From: Gammaproteobacteria bacterium
GTDB taxonomy: Bacteria; Pseudomonadota; Gammaproteobacteria; JAUHZG01
Direction: 5' to 3'
Assembly: GCA_030425845.1 (NCBI GenBank)
Contig: JAUHZG010000003.1
Span: 1 to 42,322, forward strand
Length of the DNA: 42,322 nt
The notes under the pieces were generated by a model. The model ran no database searches. It was not told the DNA's origin and worked only from the letters and a program-made list of their open reading frames with translations. A program made the position numbers and the translations under genes. Shown here in pieces: positions 1 to 8,960 of the stretch (its first letter is position 1; each line of letters opens with the position of its first letter).

Positions 1-1
1 T

Positions 2-760
2 TATTACCACAGTACGGCGATTAACTATATTGCGAGTTTTTTTATGTTTCTAGGTGGAGCAAATTTCACATTACACTTCGTCGCACTTAGGACTCACTCG
101 ATAGGAAACTATTTTAGGGATTATGAGTTTAGAGCGTATTTTATGATCTTGCTATGCTCTATTATGGTGTGTGCTTTGGTATTAATGCTCCATGATCAAT
201 ATGCAAGTTTCTCACTTATTCTGCAAAAGAGTATCTTTACCGTGGTTTCGATGTTTACTACCACCGGATTTTCAGTAACGACATTCCACCTTTGGCCGAA
301 ACTGTTGCCTATTTTGATTATGTTTGGCGCGGTGATGGGTGGTTGTGCGGGGTCGACTACCGGTGGAATTAAAGTGTTACGTTTATTATTGATGTACAAG
401 CAAAGTGGCCGTGAGATAAGGCGCTTGATTCATCCTAACCTAGTGGCTCCTATTCGCTTTGGTAAACAAGTCTTATCGGAGGATGTGATACAAGCAATGT
501 GGGCATACATTGCTATCTTTGTGACGCTTTTTATTATGCTGATTTTGATTTTAATGGCAAATGGGGTTGGTTTTTATGATTCGTTTGCTGCCCTAGTGGC
601 AACCCAAGCAAATGCCGGTGCGACAGTTGGAACGTTGTTCCATGGTTTTGGTGGGCTCTCTGTGACGGTGAAGTGGACGTTGATGTTTGCCATGCTCGCA
701 GGGCGTTTAGAGATTTTTACTCTATTGGTGTTGTTCACGCCCTGGTTCTGGCAGCGATAA
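2..760 (+). CDS. trkH: TrkH-type potassium uptake membrane protein (C-terminal part; 5' end outside window)
   Basis: Frame is open from position 2. Motifs TTTGF, GGCAGSTTGGIK and MLAGRLEIFTLLVLFTP are typical of TrkH. Confidence 0.92.
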   Translation, partial: YYHSTAINYIASFFMFLGGANFTLHFVALRTHSIGNYFRDYEFRAYFMILLCSIMVCALVLMLHDQYASFSLILQKSIFTVVSMFTTTGFSVTTFHLWPKLLPILIMFGAVMGGCAGSTTGGIKVLRLLLMYKQSGREIRRLIHPNLVAPIRFGKQVLSEDVIQAMWAYIAIFVTLFIMLILILMANGVGFYDSFAALVATQANAGATVGTLFHGFGGLSVTVKWTLMFAMLAGRLEIFTLLVLFTPWFWQR

Positions 761-773
761 AAAGCGCTTAGTG

Positions 774-980
774 TTACTCGTCTTCATCCAGCCAAGGATC
801 ATCTAACTCTTCATGTTGACGTTTTTCTTCTAACAGATCTTCTATCCTCTGTCTCGCGGCAGCTTCTTTAGCTGCACCTTCATCAATGACTTCATCGAGG
901 TCGTCGAGGTTTTCGGGCTCGTTACTCGCTTCATCAGAGAAGTCTTCTTCCCAAGTGGATTCTTGATTTTCGCCGGACAT
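774..980 (-). CDS. Small acidic protein, PA3496-family-like
   Basis: ATG at 980 follows a GGAGA SD. Acidic N-terminus and C-terminal RQRIEDLLEEKR...ELDD signature; family recalled, not searched. Confidence 0.6.
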   Translation of the reverse strand: MSGENQESTWEEDFSDEASNEPENLDDLDEVIDEGAAKEAAARQRIEDLLEEKRQHEELDDPWLDEDE

Positions 981-1010
981 GGCAGTCTCCTTATCAACCT
1001 TCATAATAAT

Positions 1011-1043
1011 CCTAGAAATGTGCGCTCAACTGCCGATTCTAGG
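1011..1043. mobile_element. 33-bp mini element, stand-alone terminal module of the MITE family
   Basis: CCTAGAAATGTGCGCTCAACTGCCGATTCTAGG is 31/33 identical to the reverse complement of 31261-31293. Flanks are ATAAT (1006-1010) and ATAGT (1044-1048). Confidence 0.8.
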
Positions 1044-1144
1044 ATAGTTATAAAATTAACGATTTTTGATGAAAAAGCAAGGAGATTTTTAGTGAGATTG
1101 TTGCGGTGTTTGAGGGGGGCGCCGTTTGGTATGGGGAGGGGGAC

Positions 1145-1178
1145 GTAGGGTAGCTTAGCGCGCAGCGCGGAAGCTACC
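1145..1178 (+). repeat. GTAG-type REP-like palindrome
   Basis: GTAG-GGTAGCTT-AGCGCGCAGCGC-GG-AAGCTACC; related copies near 11196 and 17021. Confidence 0.7.
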
Positions 1179-1191
1179 ATGTTGGTATGTC

Positions 1192-2013
1192 TTATAAGTC
1201 TAACAACTCTTTTAATTGCTCGCTGAGAGCCACATAGATCGAACGAAGTTCTGGTGTTGCATCTAATGCGGCCAGATGCTTATCAATGACTTGGGTATCG
1301 CCTCTGGCAAGTGGGCCGGTCAGAGCGCTTTTTAGATCAAGAGCATCTTTGGCATTGGTGACGACTCCCTGCATCAAGCTATGCGAGATATGATGAGAGG
1401 TCTTGGCATTGATCCCACACTCGGCATAGAGTTTTTGTGCTATATGATAGAGTGCAATAGGAAAGTTCGCTGCGAACACAGAAGCTGCGTGGTAGCGCCC
1501 TTTGTCTGCGGGATCAATGGTGAAGGGGGTTGCCCCAATTTGGGTAAATAAAGGAATAAGTACACTAAGAGCTGCGTTATCGCCATCGGTGGCACAATAA
1601 GTTCCTGAAAAGTGGGCGATGGCTTTGTCAGGATCGGCAAAACTGCGTAAGGGGTGCACGCTTGCGATGAGTGCGCCCTCAGCTTGTAGGGGGGCCAGAA
1701 CATCAGAGCTGTAGGTGCCACTTAGATGAAAGACGATAGTTCCTGCATTGACAACACCTGCTTGACTGAGTGCGTGAGCTACCTGTGCGATGCTGCTGTC
1801 ATCGACGGCGATCATGATGATGTCACAAGGCTTTATCTCATTAAGATCATGATAAGCGTGCAATGCGCCGAGTTCTTCTTGCGCGCACTGCGTACTTTTG
1901 TGACGCCTGTTGAGAATACCGGTCAGTGAAATTAACTGGTTACCAAGCAGTAATTTGGCAATGCTTTTACCAGTTTTACCCGCGCCAATTAACGTCAATG
2001 AATGTTGGTTCAT
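1192..2013 (-). CDS. Rossmann-like + DUF2520 oxidoreductase (PanG-like ketopantoate reductase candidate)
   Basis: N-terminal IGAGKTG; motifs FHLSG, SVHPLRSF, YHAASVFAAN, ALTGPLARGD. Confidence 0.8.
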   Translation of the reverse strand: MNQHSLTLIGAGKTGKSIAKLLLGNQLISLTGILNRRHKSTQCAQEELGALHAYHDLNEIKPCDIIMIAVDDSSIAQVAHALSQAGVVNAGTIVFHLSGTYSSDVLAPLQAEGALIASVHPLRSFADPDKAIAHFSGTYCATDGDNAALSVLIPLFTQIGATPFTIDPADKGRYHAASVFAANFPIALYHIAQKLYAECGINAKTSHHISHSLMQGVVTNAKDALDLKSALTGPLARGDTQVIDKHLAALDATPELRSIYVALSEQLKELLDL

Positions 2014-2033
2014 AATGTTCCAGATTAGAGTTG

Positions 2034-2102
2034 AAAAAAATTTATCGACTGAGAGGTCCGAGGTTGGTAATTAATTTTCCGAACTTCTCACCAGTTCGAT
2101 AA
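2034..2102 (-). promoter_or_regulatory. Leader stem-loop followed by U7 tract upstream of the PanG-like gene (possible attenuator)
   Basis: On the minus strand UUAUCGA pairs with UCGAUAA and UGAGAAGUUCGG pairs with UCGGACCUCUCA (one mismatch), then AUUUUUUU, about 20 nt before the ATG at 2013. Confidence 0.45.
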
Positions 2103-2262
2103 CTTCATGACTATTATGACATTTTTTGATTATAAGTTTTAACATTTTACTAAAAATTTGCTATAAAAATTGTCGCAAGCTGTTGTTAACTGATTTGCTG
2201 TTTTTAGGTAAGTTGCAATTTGCTTGTGATTGGATTAGTTTGATCAATCAGGGGTGCGTTTT

Positions 2263-2796
2263 ATGGAAGAAGACAGAAGCTGGCATTTAGCCGATGACTC
2301 ACAAGAGATGGCTCTGACTGAGTTTGAATTTCTGTTGTGGCGTGTATTCTCCTCTTTCATTCGCTGGCAAGAAGATTGTTCTGCGGCTATTTGTGACGAT
2401 GAGCTCAATGGCCACGAGATTGCAATCTTACATATTATCGGCATTAAAGGCCGCCCCAAATCGAGCTACGAAATTTGCCGACTGCTCAATCGTGATGACA
2501 CCGCTAATATCCGTTATGGGATTAAGAAGCTGGTGAAGCAAGATCTGATAGAGAAGGTCGACAATGGTAGCAAGAAGGTAACGAACTATACTGTTACTAA
2601 GAAAGGGCTAGACATTATTACGCGTTATACTGTTGCTAGGAAATCATTGCTAGCATCACGTTTAACAGGAGACGATGTCAAACAATTACAAGATATAACT
2701 AGACAACTTACGACATTAAGAGGGTATTACGATGAAGCTGGCCGAAGTGCTGCGTCCTATACCCCAGAAAATAATAAGGAACAGGAAGTCGCTTAG
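2263..2796 (+). CDS. MarR-like winged-helix transcriptional regulator
   Basis: LTEFEF..WR N-terminus, ICRLLNRDDTANIRYGIKKLVK helix-turn-helix, YTVTKKG wing. ATG 2263 fits the AGGGG SD better than GTG 2254. Confidence 0.8.
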   Translation: MEEDRSWHLADDSQEMALTEFEFLLWRVFSSFIRWQEDCSAAICDDELNGHEIAILHIIGIKGRPKSSYEICRLLNRDDTANIRYGIKKLVKQDLIEKVDNGSKKVTNYTVTKKGLDIITRYTVARKSLLASRLTGDDVKQLQDITRQLTTLRGYYDEAGRSAASYTPENNKEQEVA

Positions 2797-2801
2797 GCGA
2801 T

Positions 2802-2824
2802 AAGCTCTTGCCAGACAAGAGCTT
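2802..2824. promoter_or_regulatory. Perfect 9-bp inverted repeat (operator or RNA hairpin)
   Basis: AAGCTCTTG-CCAGA-CAAGAGCTT between the regulator and the monooxygenase; no U-tract. Confidence 0.4.
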
Positions 2825-2895
2825 GAGAGTGCTACTGGTTTTATGCATTTTTCCTGTGTTTAGTTCAACTGCATTGGAACGCAGGAAGGTGTGTC

Positions 2896-4212
2896 ATGGA
2901 TAAGACAATTGCAATTATCGGTGCTGGACAAGCAGGTTTGCTGCTCGCCGCTAAACTTCTCAACGTCGGCTACGACGTGACTCTTTACTCAGAAAAAACA
3001 CCCCACGAAATACGCCACGGTTATGTGACGTCAAGTCAAGGCTTGTTTGCGAGCTCCTTGGCAATGGAGCGCGAAGCGGGGTTGAACTGTTTCGAGCAAG
3101 CCGTGCCGGACAATACCACTATCAGTTTCACTACGGCCGATCCAGAGCATCATACTAAACTGAATGCTTGGAAAGGGCATACAGACAGTTGCTATCAAGC
3201 CGTCGATCAACGAGTAAAATTCTCAAGATGGCTAGACGTACTTGAGCAACGCGGATTAAAAGTAAACTATCAATCGGTGTCAAAGCAAGCGTGTGAGAAA
3301 TTGGTTGATGATTATGATTTAGTCGTAGTGTGTACAGGTAAAGGTGAGTTATCGCGTTTATTCAAACGGGATGAGGCGAAGAGTTATCACCAAAAGCCAC
3401 CAAGAAAGTTAACGTTATTGTATGTGCACGGTTTACTTGGTGGTGATAACTCTAGTGGTGTGGCTGCCAACTTTATTCCTGGGGTAGGTGAATACTTTGT
3501 GATGCCTGGACTGACACTATCTGGTCGTTGTCACATGATGTTATTTGAAGCGGTCCCTGGCGGTGCTTTTGATTGTTGGGATGAGTGTGACAACAATGAA
3601 GCGATGTTGGCAAAAGCAAAAGAGTTGCTAAAAGAGTATTTGCCTTGGGAGTATGAGCGTTGTTTGGGAGGTATTACCCTAACGGATGAAAAGGCCGTTA
3701 TTCATGGTGAATTTACGCCTGAAATACGTGAACCCATTGCCACTATCAAACCAGGTAAAGCGATATTTGGGCTGGGTGATGCCGTGATGCTAAACGATCC
3801 TATTACTGGTCAAGGTGGTAATAACGCGACGCGTTCAGTACAAATTGTATTTGATGAAATCTTAAAGCATCAAGGAAAAGCATTTGATACCCAATGGATG
3901 CAACAGACTTCCGATAAATGCTGGGAAAAAAATGCTTTCATCATTGCATGGACTAACTCATTTTTTGAGCCACCGACAGAAGCGGCCATGTATTTAATGA
4001 CACAAGCCCAGCGCCATCAAGAAATAGCCGATAAGCTGGCTAATGCGTTTGATAACCCCAATACCCTCGCGGGTTGGACAGAGAGCAAGCAAGCCATCGA
4101 TCGAGCTGTGTTCTTCCTCAAAGCACAGAACAAATGCCGTGATAAAGTGACGTCCTTTAGACGGCCTTTGCACTTGGCAAGAGCGAGGCTCAAAACGCGG
4201 CTGCCAAATTAA
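2896..4212 (+). CDS. Styrene/indole monooxygenase family flavoprotein (StyA-like)
   Basis: IAIIGAGQAG FAD motif, QAVDQRVKF, TGKGEL, GDAVMLNDPITGQGGNNA. Confidence 0.85.
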   Translation: MDKTIAIIGAGQAGLLLAAKLLNVGYDVTLYSEKTPHEIRHGYVTSSQGLFASSLAMEREAGLNCFEQAVPDNTTISFTTADPEHHTKLNAWKGHTDSCYQAVDQRVKFSRWLDVLEQRGLKVNYQSVSKQACEKLVDDYDLVVVCTGKGELSRLFKRDEAKSYHQKPPRKLTLLYVHGLLGGDNSSGVAANFIPGVGEYFVMPGLTLSGRCHMMLFEAVPGGAFDCWDECDNNEAMLAKAKELLKEYLPWEYERCLGGITLTDEKAVIHGEFTPEIREPIATIKPGKAIFGLGDAVMLNDPITGQGGNNATRSVQIVFDEILKHQGKAFDTQWMQQTSDKCWEKNAFIIAWTNSFFEPPTEAAMYLMTQAQRHQEIADKLANAFDNPNTLAGWTESKQAIDRAVFFLKAQNKCRDKVTSFRRPLHLARARLKTRLPN

Positions 4213-6464
4213 GCGGGTACACTTGCCCTTGCTTGCTCAAGGTAAGTGCTAATATCTAGCGACGCAATTTCAGCTTGGTAAGCTTGCTTTTCTTCCTCGA
4301 TTCTTGCATGGTCAACAGCATTAGTGGCTGTTTGTAGTATCGTTTGTCTGCGATCCCAGGCGGCAGATGACGCTTCGTCTGTTGTGATCTGTGAGCAATA
4401 TTCTCTACTGAGTTCTTCGCGCTCTAAAGGTAGCCTTGCTATAGCCGTGTAATAATGTTCATACAAAGTAAGTTTGGCGGTATAAGTTTCTCTTCCCGGT
4501 GTCTGAAAATGGTGAGCAAGGTGATCACGAAGTTCGGTATAGGCACTGGCTCGGGAGCCACCTTCGGCCTCCGTCGCTGCATCGAAAAGCAATTCCTGAA
4601 ACTGTTCTTTCAATATTTGAGGGACTTGATCTTTCAATAGCCCTTTTAGTTCTCCTACAAATCGATTGATACAGCGATTCTTTTCCAATTGATACAAAGC
4701 GGCTTGTGCCCTATCAAGTGGCTCACTAAATAGTGCAGCAGCTTCTCTTAGTTTCTCATAATCCTGTTGGGTCAGGAGTGAGTTGTCATCAGCGCGTACC
4801 CAATTGACTAGCGCTGCTTGCAACGAGCGAATATCTTGCAACGACTTAGCATCAGCCGCTTTAGCGAAAAAAAGACGGACCGTCTCAAAAGCAACGGCAC
4901 TTAATTGGCGATTGTTGTTTTCTAAGAAACGAACAAAGTTTTCCGAGAGGGTCTTTTTAACATTCGTCAGAATAGCCTTTTTGTGTGAGATGCTTGTTTT
5001 AGTTTTTGCATCCAATTCCTTTAACGTGGAAAAAATAGCTTTTGCTTGTGATAAATTTTGCATATGCTTCACACTTAAGCACAACGGATTGATGCTCTTA
5101 AGGGCTTCGTGCATGACAATCTCGCTTGTTTCATTAAGTTCGAACACAGTTGCATGTAAAAGATCTTCCATCAACTCTTGCGTTTCTTGATGACTTTTGA
5201 GTTCACGATAAAAGGGTAAGTGCTCATCACATAATGCGACCAACGTATTCTCGGTAGAGTCTGATAATTCTAGTACGGATTGCACCAGTCTGAGCCCTAT
5301 GACATTCATTGAACGTGCGATATCACTTGATGCAGCTAAATGCGCATTTTGCATCACTGTTTTTAAGATTTTTCGATTACTTTCTTCTTGCAAGAGTTCC
5401 AATACGTCTGATGAAAATTGATTTGACCCAGCTAGCAACCAACCCGCATTTAGTGACATGTCAGAAAAGTTAAAGGCGATATAGTCAGTATGAGTGGCAA
5501 AAATGACAAGATAACATAGCTCGAAACGGGCACCGTAGTGTCCTTGTTTTGCAAGCTCAAACATCGTCGCTAAGTGTTGGTACTCAGGACTTGCGTTGTC
5601 GAGCGATTCTGCCAATGCACCAATTAACGAGGGAACTTCATTACTTTCATAAGTGAATTGGTGAGAAAACGTTTCATGTTTGTCGCGTTGATCTAGTGAT
5701 AATTCTTCTTCGTCAAAAAAGGGCTCCCCACTTAGGCGCGCGCTCATGCGCCTTGCAAAAGCACTGGGTGAAAGGGATGCTTTTTGAGTTAAGTGCTGAT
5801 GGGAGGAGCTGCCAACACGACGTAGCATTTTATAGCGAGCTTCGTAAGTGGCCTCATGAGACGGTTGCGATCCGCTAAGTTCCCCTGCAGGATGAGGGGC
5901 AACGGAACCTCGACGGTGTTTAACCTTCGTATCTTGCTCGATACGACGAGATTTCTCCGCTAGAAGGTGTCTACTGGCATGCGCGAAATCATCATCAGGT
6001 AACAGATCTAGTAGCAGATGGCACTCTTGCTGAAAAAGTTGCTCTTGTTCACGTTGTAAAGCGGGGTTTGCGCTTAAACTGGATTTGCTGAGGATGAGGG
6101 CGTTGCTAAGTAATTCCCAACGAATTTCATTAAGCAATTGCAGGAGGTTGTTAGTGGTCTCGCTGCTATCCTCAAAATAACGATGACTAAGTTGACTTTG
6201 CCGAGCCAGATGGAGTTGGTAGAGTTGCTGCGCTAGTGCAGCCTTTTTCGAAAGCATCAGGTAACGCACAAAAAGTGCATGATCAGCGACTTGCTTTAAT
6301 CGTTCAGCGGTGAGGTTTTGCCACACTCTCTGCAGTTGATTGTAAAGCAACGTGACGCTATCGACTTGTGAACTTGTGTCGTGTTCTTGGGCAAGCGTTC
6401 TTTTGCGGCCAAAACTAAGAAGTCTGGATAAACGAGAAGGTTGAGATGTTAACGGTGCAGCCAT
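4209..6464 (-). CDS. 751-aa helical hypothetical protein, candidate Dot/Icm effector
   Basis: Long ORF with no recognisable domain, Ser-rich disordered patches, C-terminal EEE block, PmrA-like box upstream. Confidence 0.65.
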   Translation of the reverse strand: MAAPLTSQPSRLSRLLSFGRKRTLAQEHDTSSQVDSVTLLYNQLQRVWQNLTAERLKQVADHALFVRYLMLSKKAALAQQLYQLHLARQSQLSHRYFEDSSETTNNLLQLLNEIRWELLSNALILSKSSLSANPALQREQEQLFQQECHLLLDLLPDDDFAHASRHLLAEKSRRIEQDTKVKHRRGSVAPHPAGELSGSQPSHEATYEARYKMLRRVGSSSHQHLTQKASLSPSAFARRMSARLSGEPFFDEEELSLDQRDKHETFSHQFTYESNEVPSLIGALAESLDNASPEYQHLATMFELAKQGHYGARFELCYLVIFATHTDYIAFNFSDMSLNAGWLLAGSNQFSSDVLELLQEESNRKILKTVMQNAHLAASSDIARSMNVIGLRLVQSVLELSDSTENTLVALCDEHLPFYRELKSHQETQELMEDLLHATVFELNETSEIVMHEALKSINPLCLSVKHMQNLSQAKAIFSTLKELDAKTKTSISHKKAILTNVKKTLSENFVRFLENNNRQLSAVAFETVRLFFAKAADAKSLQDIRSLQAALVNWVRADDNSLLTQQDYEKLREAAALFSEPLDRAQAALYQLEKNRCINRFVGELKGLLKDQVPQILKEQFQELLFDAATEAEGGSRASAYTELRDHLAHHFQTPGRETYTAKLTLYEHYYTAIARLPLEREELSREYCSQITTDEASSAAWDRRQTILQTATNAVDHARIEEEKQAYQAEIASLDISTYLEQARASVPA

Positions 6465-6539
6465 AGTACATTCCTTGTAAGTGTTTTTTCACGCGACTTA
6501 AATTAGTCGTCATGTTGTTTTAGTGATCCATCACCGGCG

Positions 6540-6572
6540 ATTCTATGCCGTTAAGCTTAAGGCTTTCTTAAG
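6540..6572 (-). promoter_or_regulatory. PmrA-box-like promoter
   Basis: Minus strand: cTTAA-gaaagc-cTTAA-11 nt-TAGAAT. Confidence 0.6.
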
Positions 6573-6691
6573 AAATACCGAAATATTTGCTCAGTGTAAA
6601 ATAGAAAAATGTTAGTATTATGTGTTTGCGAAAAAGCACAAGATAACGTAGTGATTGCAGTGCGATGATGATTTCACCAGGCTAGCCTCCT

Positions 6692-7006
6692 ATGAAAAAT
6701 AGACAGAGTAAAACGAGTGAGCTTTTATTACGCGACTATGCTTTGTCTGAATTAGGAGTGACAAATAAGCAATCTGCTATGATCCTAGAAACGGCAGTTG
6801 GTTCACCCATTCTAGCGCAACATCTTGATTCATCTAGCATTACAAAAAAAGTCTTCATCACCAACAAGGTGACTTCAGATTTTTTTGAAAAGCTACCTAA
6901 ATCAATCTGTTACCCTAGAAATGCCCGCCCAACAGCCGTTTCTAGGATGATGAAAAGAAGGCAAGCGCGTCATTTCCTAGGGCACGCTTCACTAGTGCCT
7001 GATTAG
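6692..7006 (+). CDS. Small hypothetical ORF, 56 of 104 codons contributed by an in-frame MITE; may not be expressed
   Basis: ORF reads through the whole element at 6784-6946 without a stop; no SD before ATG 6692. Confidence 0.3.
   Translation: MKNRQSKTSELLLRDYALSELGVTNKQSAMILETAVGSPILAQHLDSSSITKKVFITNKVTSDFFEKLPKSICYPRNARPTAVSRMMKRRQARHFLGHASLVPD
6784..6946. mobile_element. 163-bp fold-back MITE, copy 1
   Basis: Terminal inverted repeats CCTAGAAACGGC(A/T)GTTGG; flanked by direct repeat ATGAT (6779-6783, 6947-6951); 8 substitutions and 1 indel versus the reverse complement of 31261-31424 (manual alignment). Confidence 0.92.
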
Positions 7007-7082
7007 CTGAAGCGACGCTTTAGCTAGAAAGTTGACACTGAGCGAGCATGCCTTGTGTATCGACGGCGCGGGTTAGTGTGTT

Positions 7083-8438
7083 TTATTGTTTCGCCTGATG
7101 TTTATGGTGTTTATGGATGTACTCTTTGACCTGTTTGCAATAGGTCTCAGGTACAAACCATACGATAACTGCACATAAGGCTATCGACACAGGCAATATC
7201 GACAAAGCGATACGGTAATCTGCAGCACTATAAACATGAACACCATTGATCACCGCATGATTTATATCAAAATGCACAAGTAGCAATCCTGCGACCCACT
7301 GTACGGCGCCACCAAACATCGTAAACATGTTGATGAGGGCAACCGAGGTCGCCGACAGGCTAAGTGGGCTGAGCTCACTGGCAATAGGGAACACTAAAAT
7401 TTGCACCGAGCAAAATGCACCACTTAAAAATAGTAATACAGCCAGTGAGACATCCGATAAACCGGGTAGGTAAATAACGGCACTTACTGTGATAGCCGCG
7501 AGAATCGAGCCGACGAAGAGGGGTAAGCGACGACGATTGATTTTGTTGGAGAGTAAGCCGACGATGGGGCCCCCGACTGCCCAGCCGATATAAATCAGTG
7601 AGTTGATTTGACCTGCTCTCACGTTGCTCAGGTGATGAGTGGTTTCTAAGAACGGGATGCCCCATAGGCTACCAAACAAAGCAACCAACAAAAATAAGAA
7701 GCAACCAATAAAGCCGATGAACCACATTTCTTTACGGAGAATCAGCCGACCTAAACCTGCAATCGCGCCCCACAAGCTTGGGATGTGTAGACGCATCTTG
7801 CGCGAAAGAGGACTTTTACTACGTGGTTGGATGAAAAACACAATCAGTATACCAAGTATCACGCCAAGGGCGGAGGCGATGAAAATAGTATTTTGCCAGC
7901 CATAACGGTTCACAAAAAAAGTTAACGTATTATCGCCGATGATAGGGCCTAACATTCCGATAGTGGTAATAAGTCCGGCGGCAAAAGCGAAGCGCTCGCG
8001 AGGTAACCAAATGGTAGCAAGCTTCATTGCTCCGACAAAGGCAAAAGCAGAGCCAAATCCGACTAAGAAGCGGCCGAATTCTGCGATGGAGACTGTTGTG
8101 GTACTGGCAAACAAGTAGCTCCCAAAAACACAGGCGGCTACAGCAAAAAGCAGTAGTCGTCTTGGGCCGTAACGATCCATTAGCACACCTACCGCAGCTT
8201 GCATTGGGGTATAGGCAAGATAATAGAAGGTGGAGAGACCGCCCAGTGAGGCAGCAGAAAGGCCAAACGCTTTCATCAAATCTTGTGTCATTACGCTGGG
8301 TAAAATACGCAGGTAGAACTCATAACCATAAAAAAGTGCTCCAAGTCCGCAGACAAACCATGCGTAAAAGATAGCTTTACTATCCAGTTTTTTGTTGGCT
8401 TTGCTCACGGTAGCACTGTTAGTAGGGTGATCCGACAT
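7083..8438 (-). CDS. MFS transporter, Legionella Pht-like
   Basis: About 12 hydrophobic segments; motif A GVLMDRYGPRR; N-terminal WFVCGLGALFYGYEF; ATG 8438 has a GGAGA SD. Confidence 0.85.
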   Translation of the reverse strand: MSDHPTNSATVSKANKKLDSKAIFYAWFVCGLGALFYGYEFYLRILPSVMTQDLMKAFGLSAASLGGLSTFYYLAYTPMQAAVGVLMDRYGPRRLLLFAVAACVFGSYLFASTTTVSIAEFGRFLVGFGSAFAFVGAMKLATIWLPRERFAFAAGLITTIGMLGPIIGDNTLTFFVNRYGWQNTIFIASALGVILGILIVFFIQPRSKSPLSRKMRLHIPSLWGAIAGLGRLILRKEMWFIGFIGCFLFLLVALFGSLWGIPFLETTHHLSNVRAGQINSLIYIGWAVGGPIVGLLSNKINRRRLPLFVGSILAAITVSAVIYLPGLSDVSLAVLLFLSGAFCSVQILVFPIASELSPLSLSATSVALINMFTMFGGAVQWVAGLLLVHFDINHAVINGVHVYSAADYRIALSILPVSIALCAVIVWFVPETYCKQVKEYIHKHHKHQAKQ

Positions 8439-8569
8439 AAATTTCTCCATAGAATACTGTTCATAAGCAAAATGCAATAGATAACAATAGCATTAACTAG
8501 AGCATTAGCGCTAATTTTAGACAAGCCAGTAGTTGAGAGGCGCCCGGAATAGGGCAAAGACGCGGTGGA

Positions 8570-8797
8570 TTATTTAGCCGCGTCGTTTTTTGCTGAAGAG
8601 CGTTGATATTTTTGTTTGAATTTATCAACACGTCCTGCAGTATCGATGATTTTTTGCTTACCCGTGTAGAAAGGATGGCATTCAGAGCATACATCAATGG
8701 TCAAATCGTGACCGCAAGTAGAGCGGGTTTCGAATGTGTTACCACAGCTGCAGTTTACTTTGACTGTAGCGTAGTTAGGGTGAATAGCTGTTTGCAT
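8570..8797 (-). CDS. rpmE: 50S ribosomal protein L31 (Zn-binding type)
   Basis: [28 protein letters not shown]. Confidence 0.97.
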   Translation of the reverse strand: MQTAIHPNYATVKVNCSCGNTFETRSTCGHDLTIDVCSECHPFYTGKQKIIDTAGRVDKFKQKYQRSSAKNDAAK

Positions 8798-8960
8798 GGC
8801 TTACCTCAAGCGTCTCTATAGTTTCATCTAAACATTTTGTCGGGCGCATATTATCCGACAGAGACCTTTTGATCAAGTTATTTGCGATATAAGAGGACAA
8901 AGCTAGCTAAGATCGTATCGCTTAAGTAGGGTGCGGGTCGAATTTAGGTCGATGTGCCTG

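Noticed and set aside
963-1148. 61-aa plus-strand ORF
   Set aside because: Overlaps the start of a better minus-strand gene and runs across the 33-bp element; no SD or motif.
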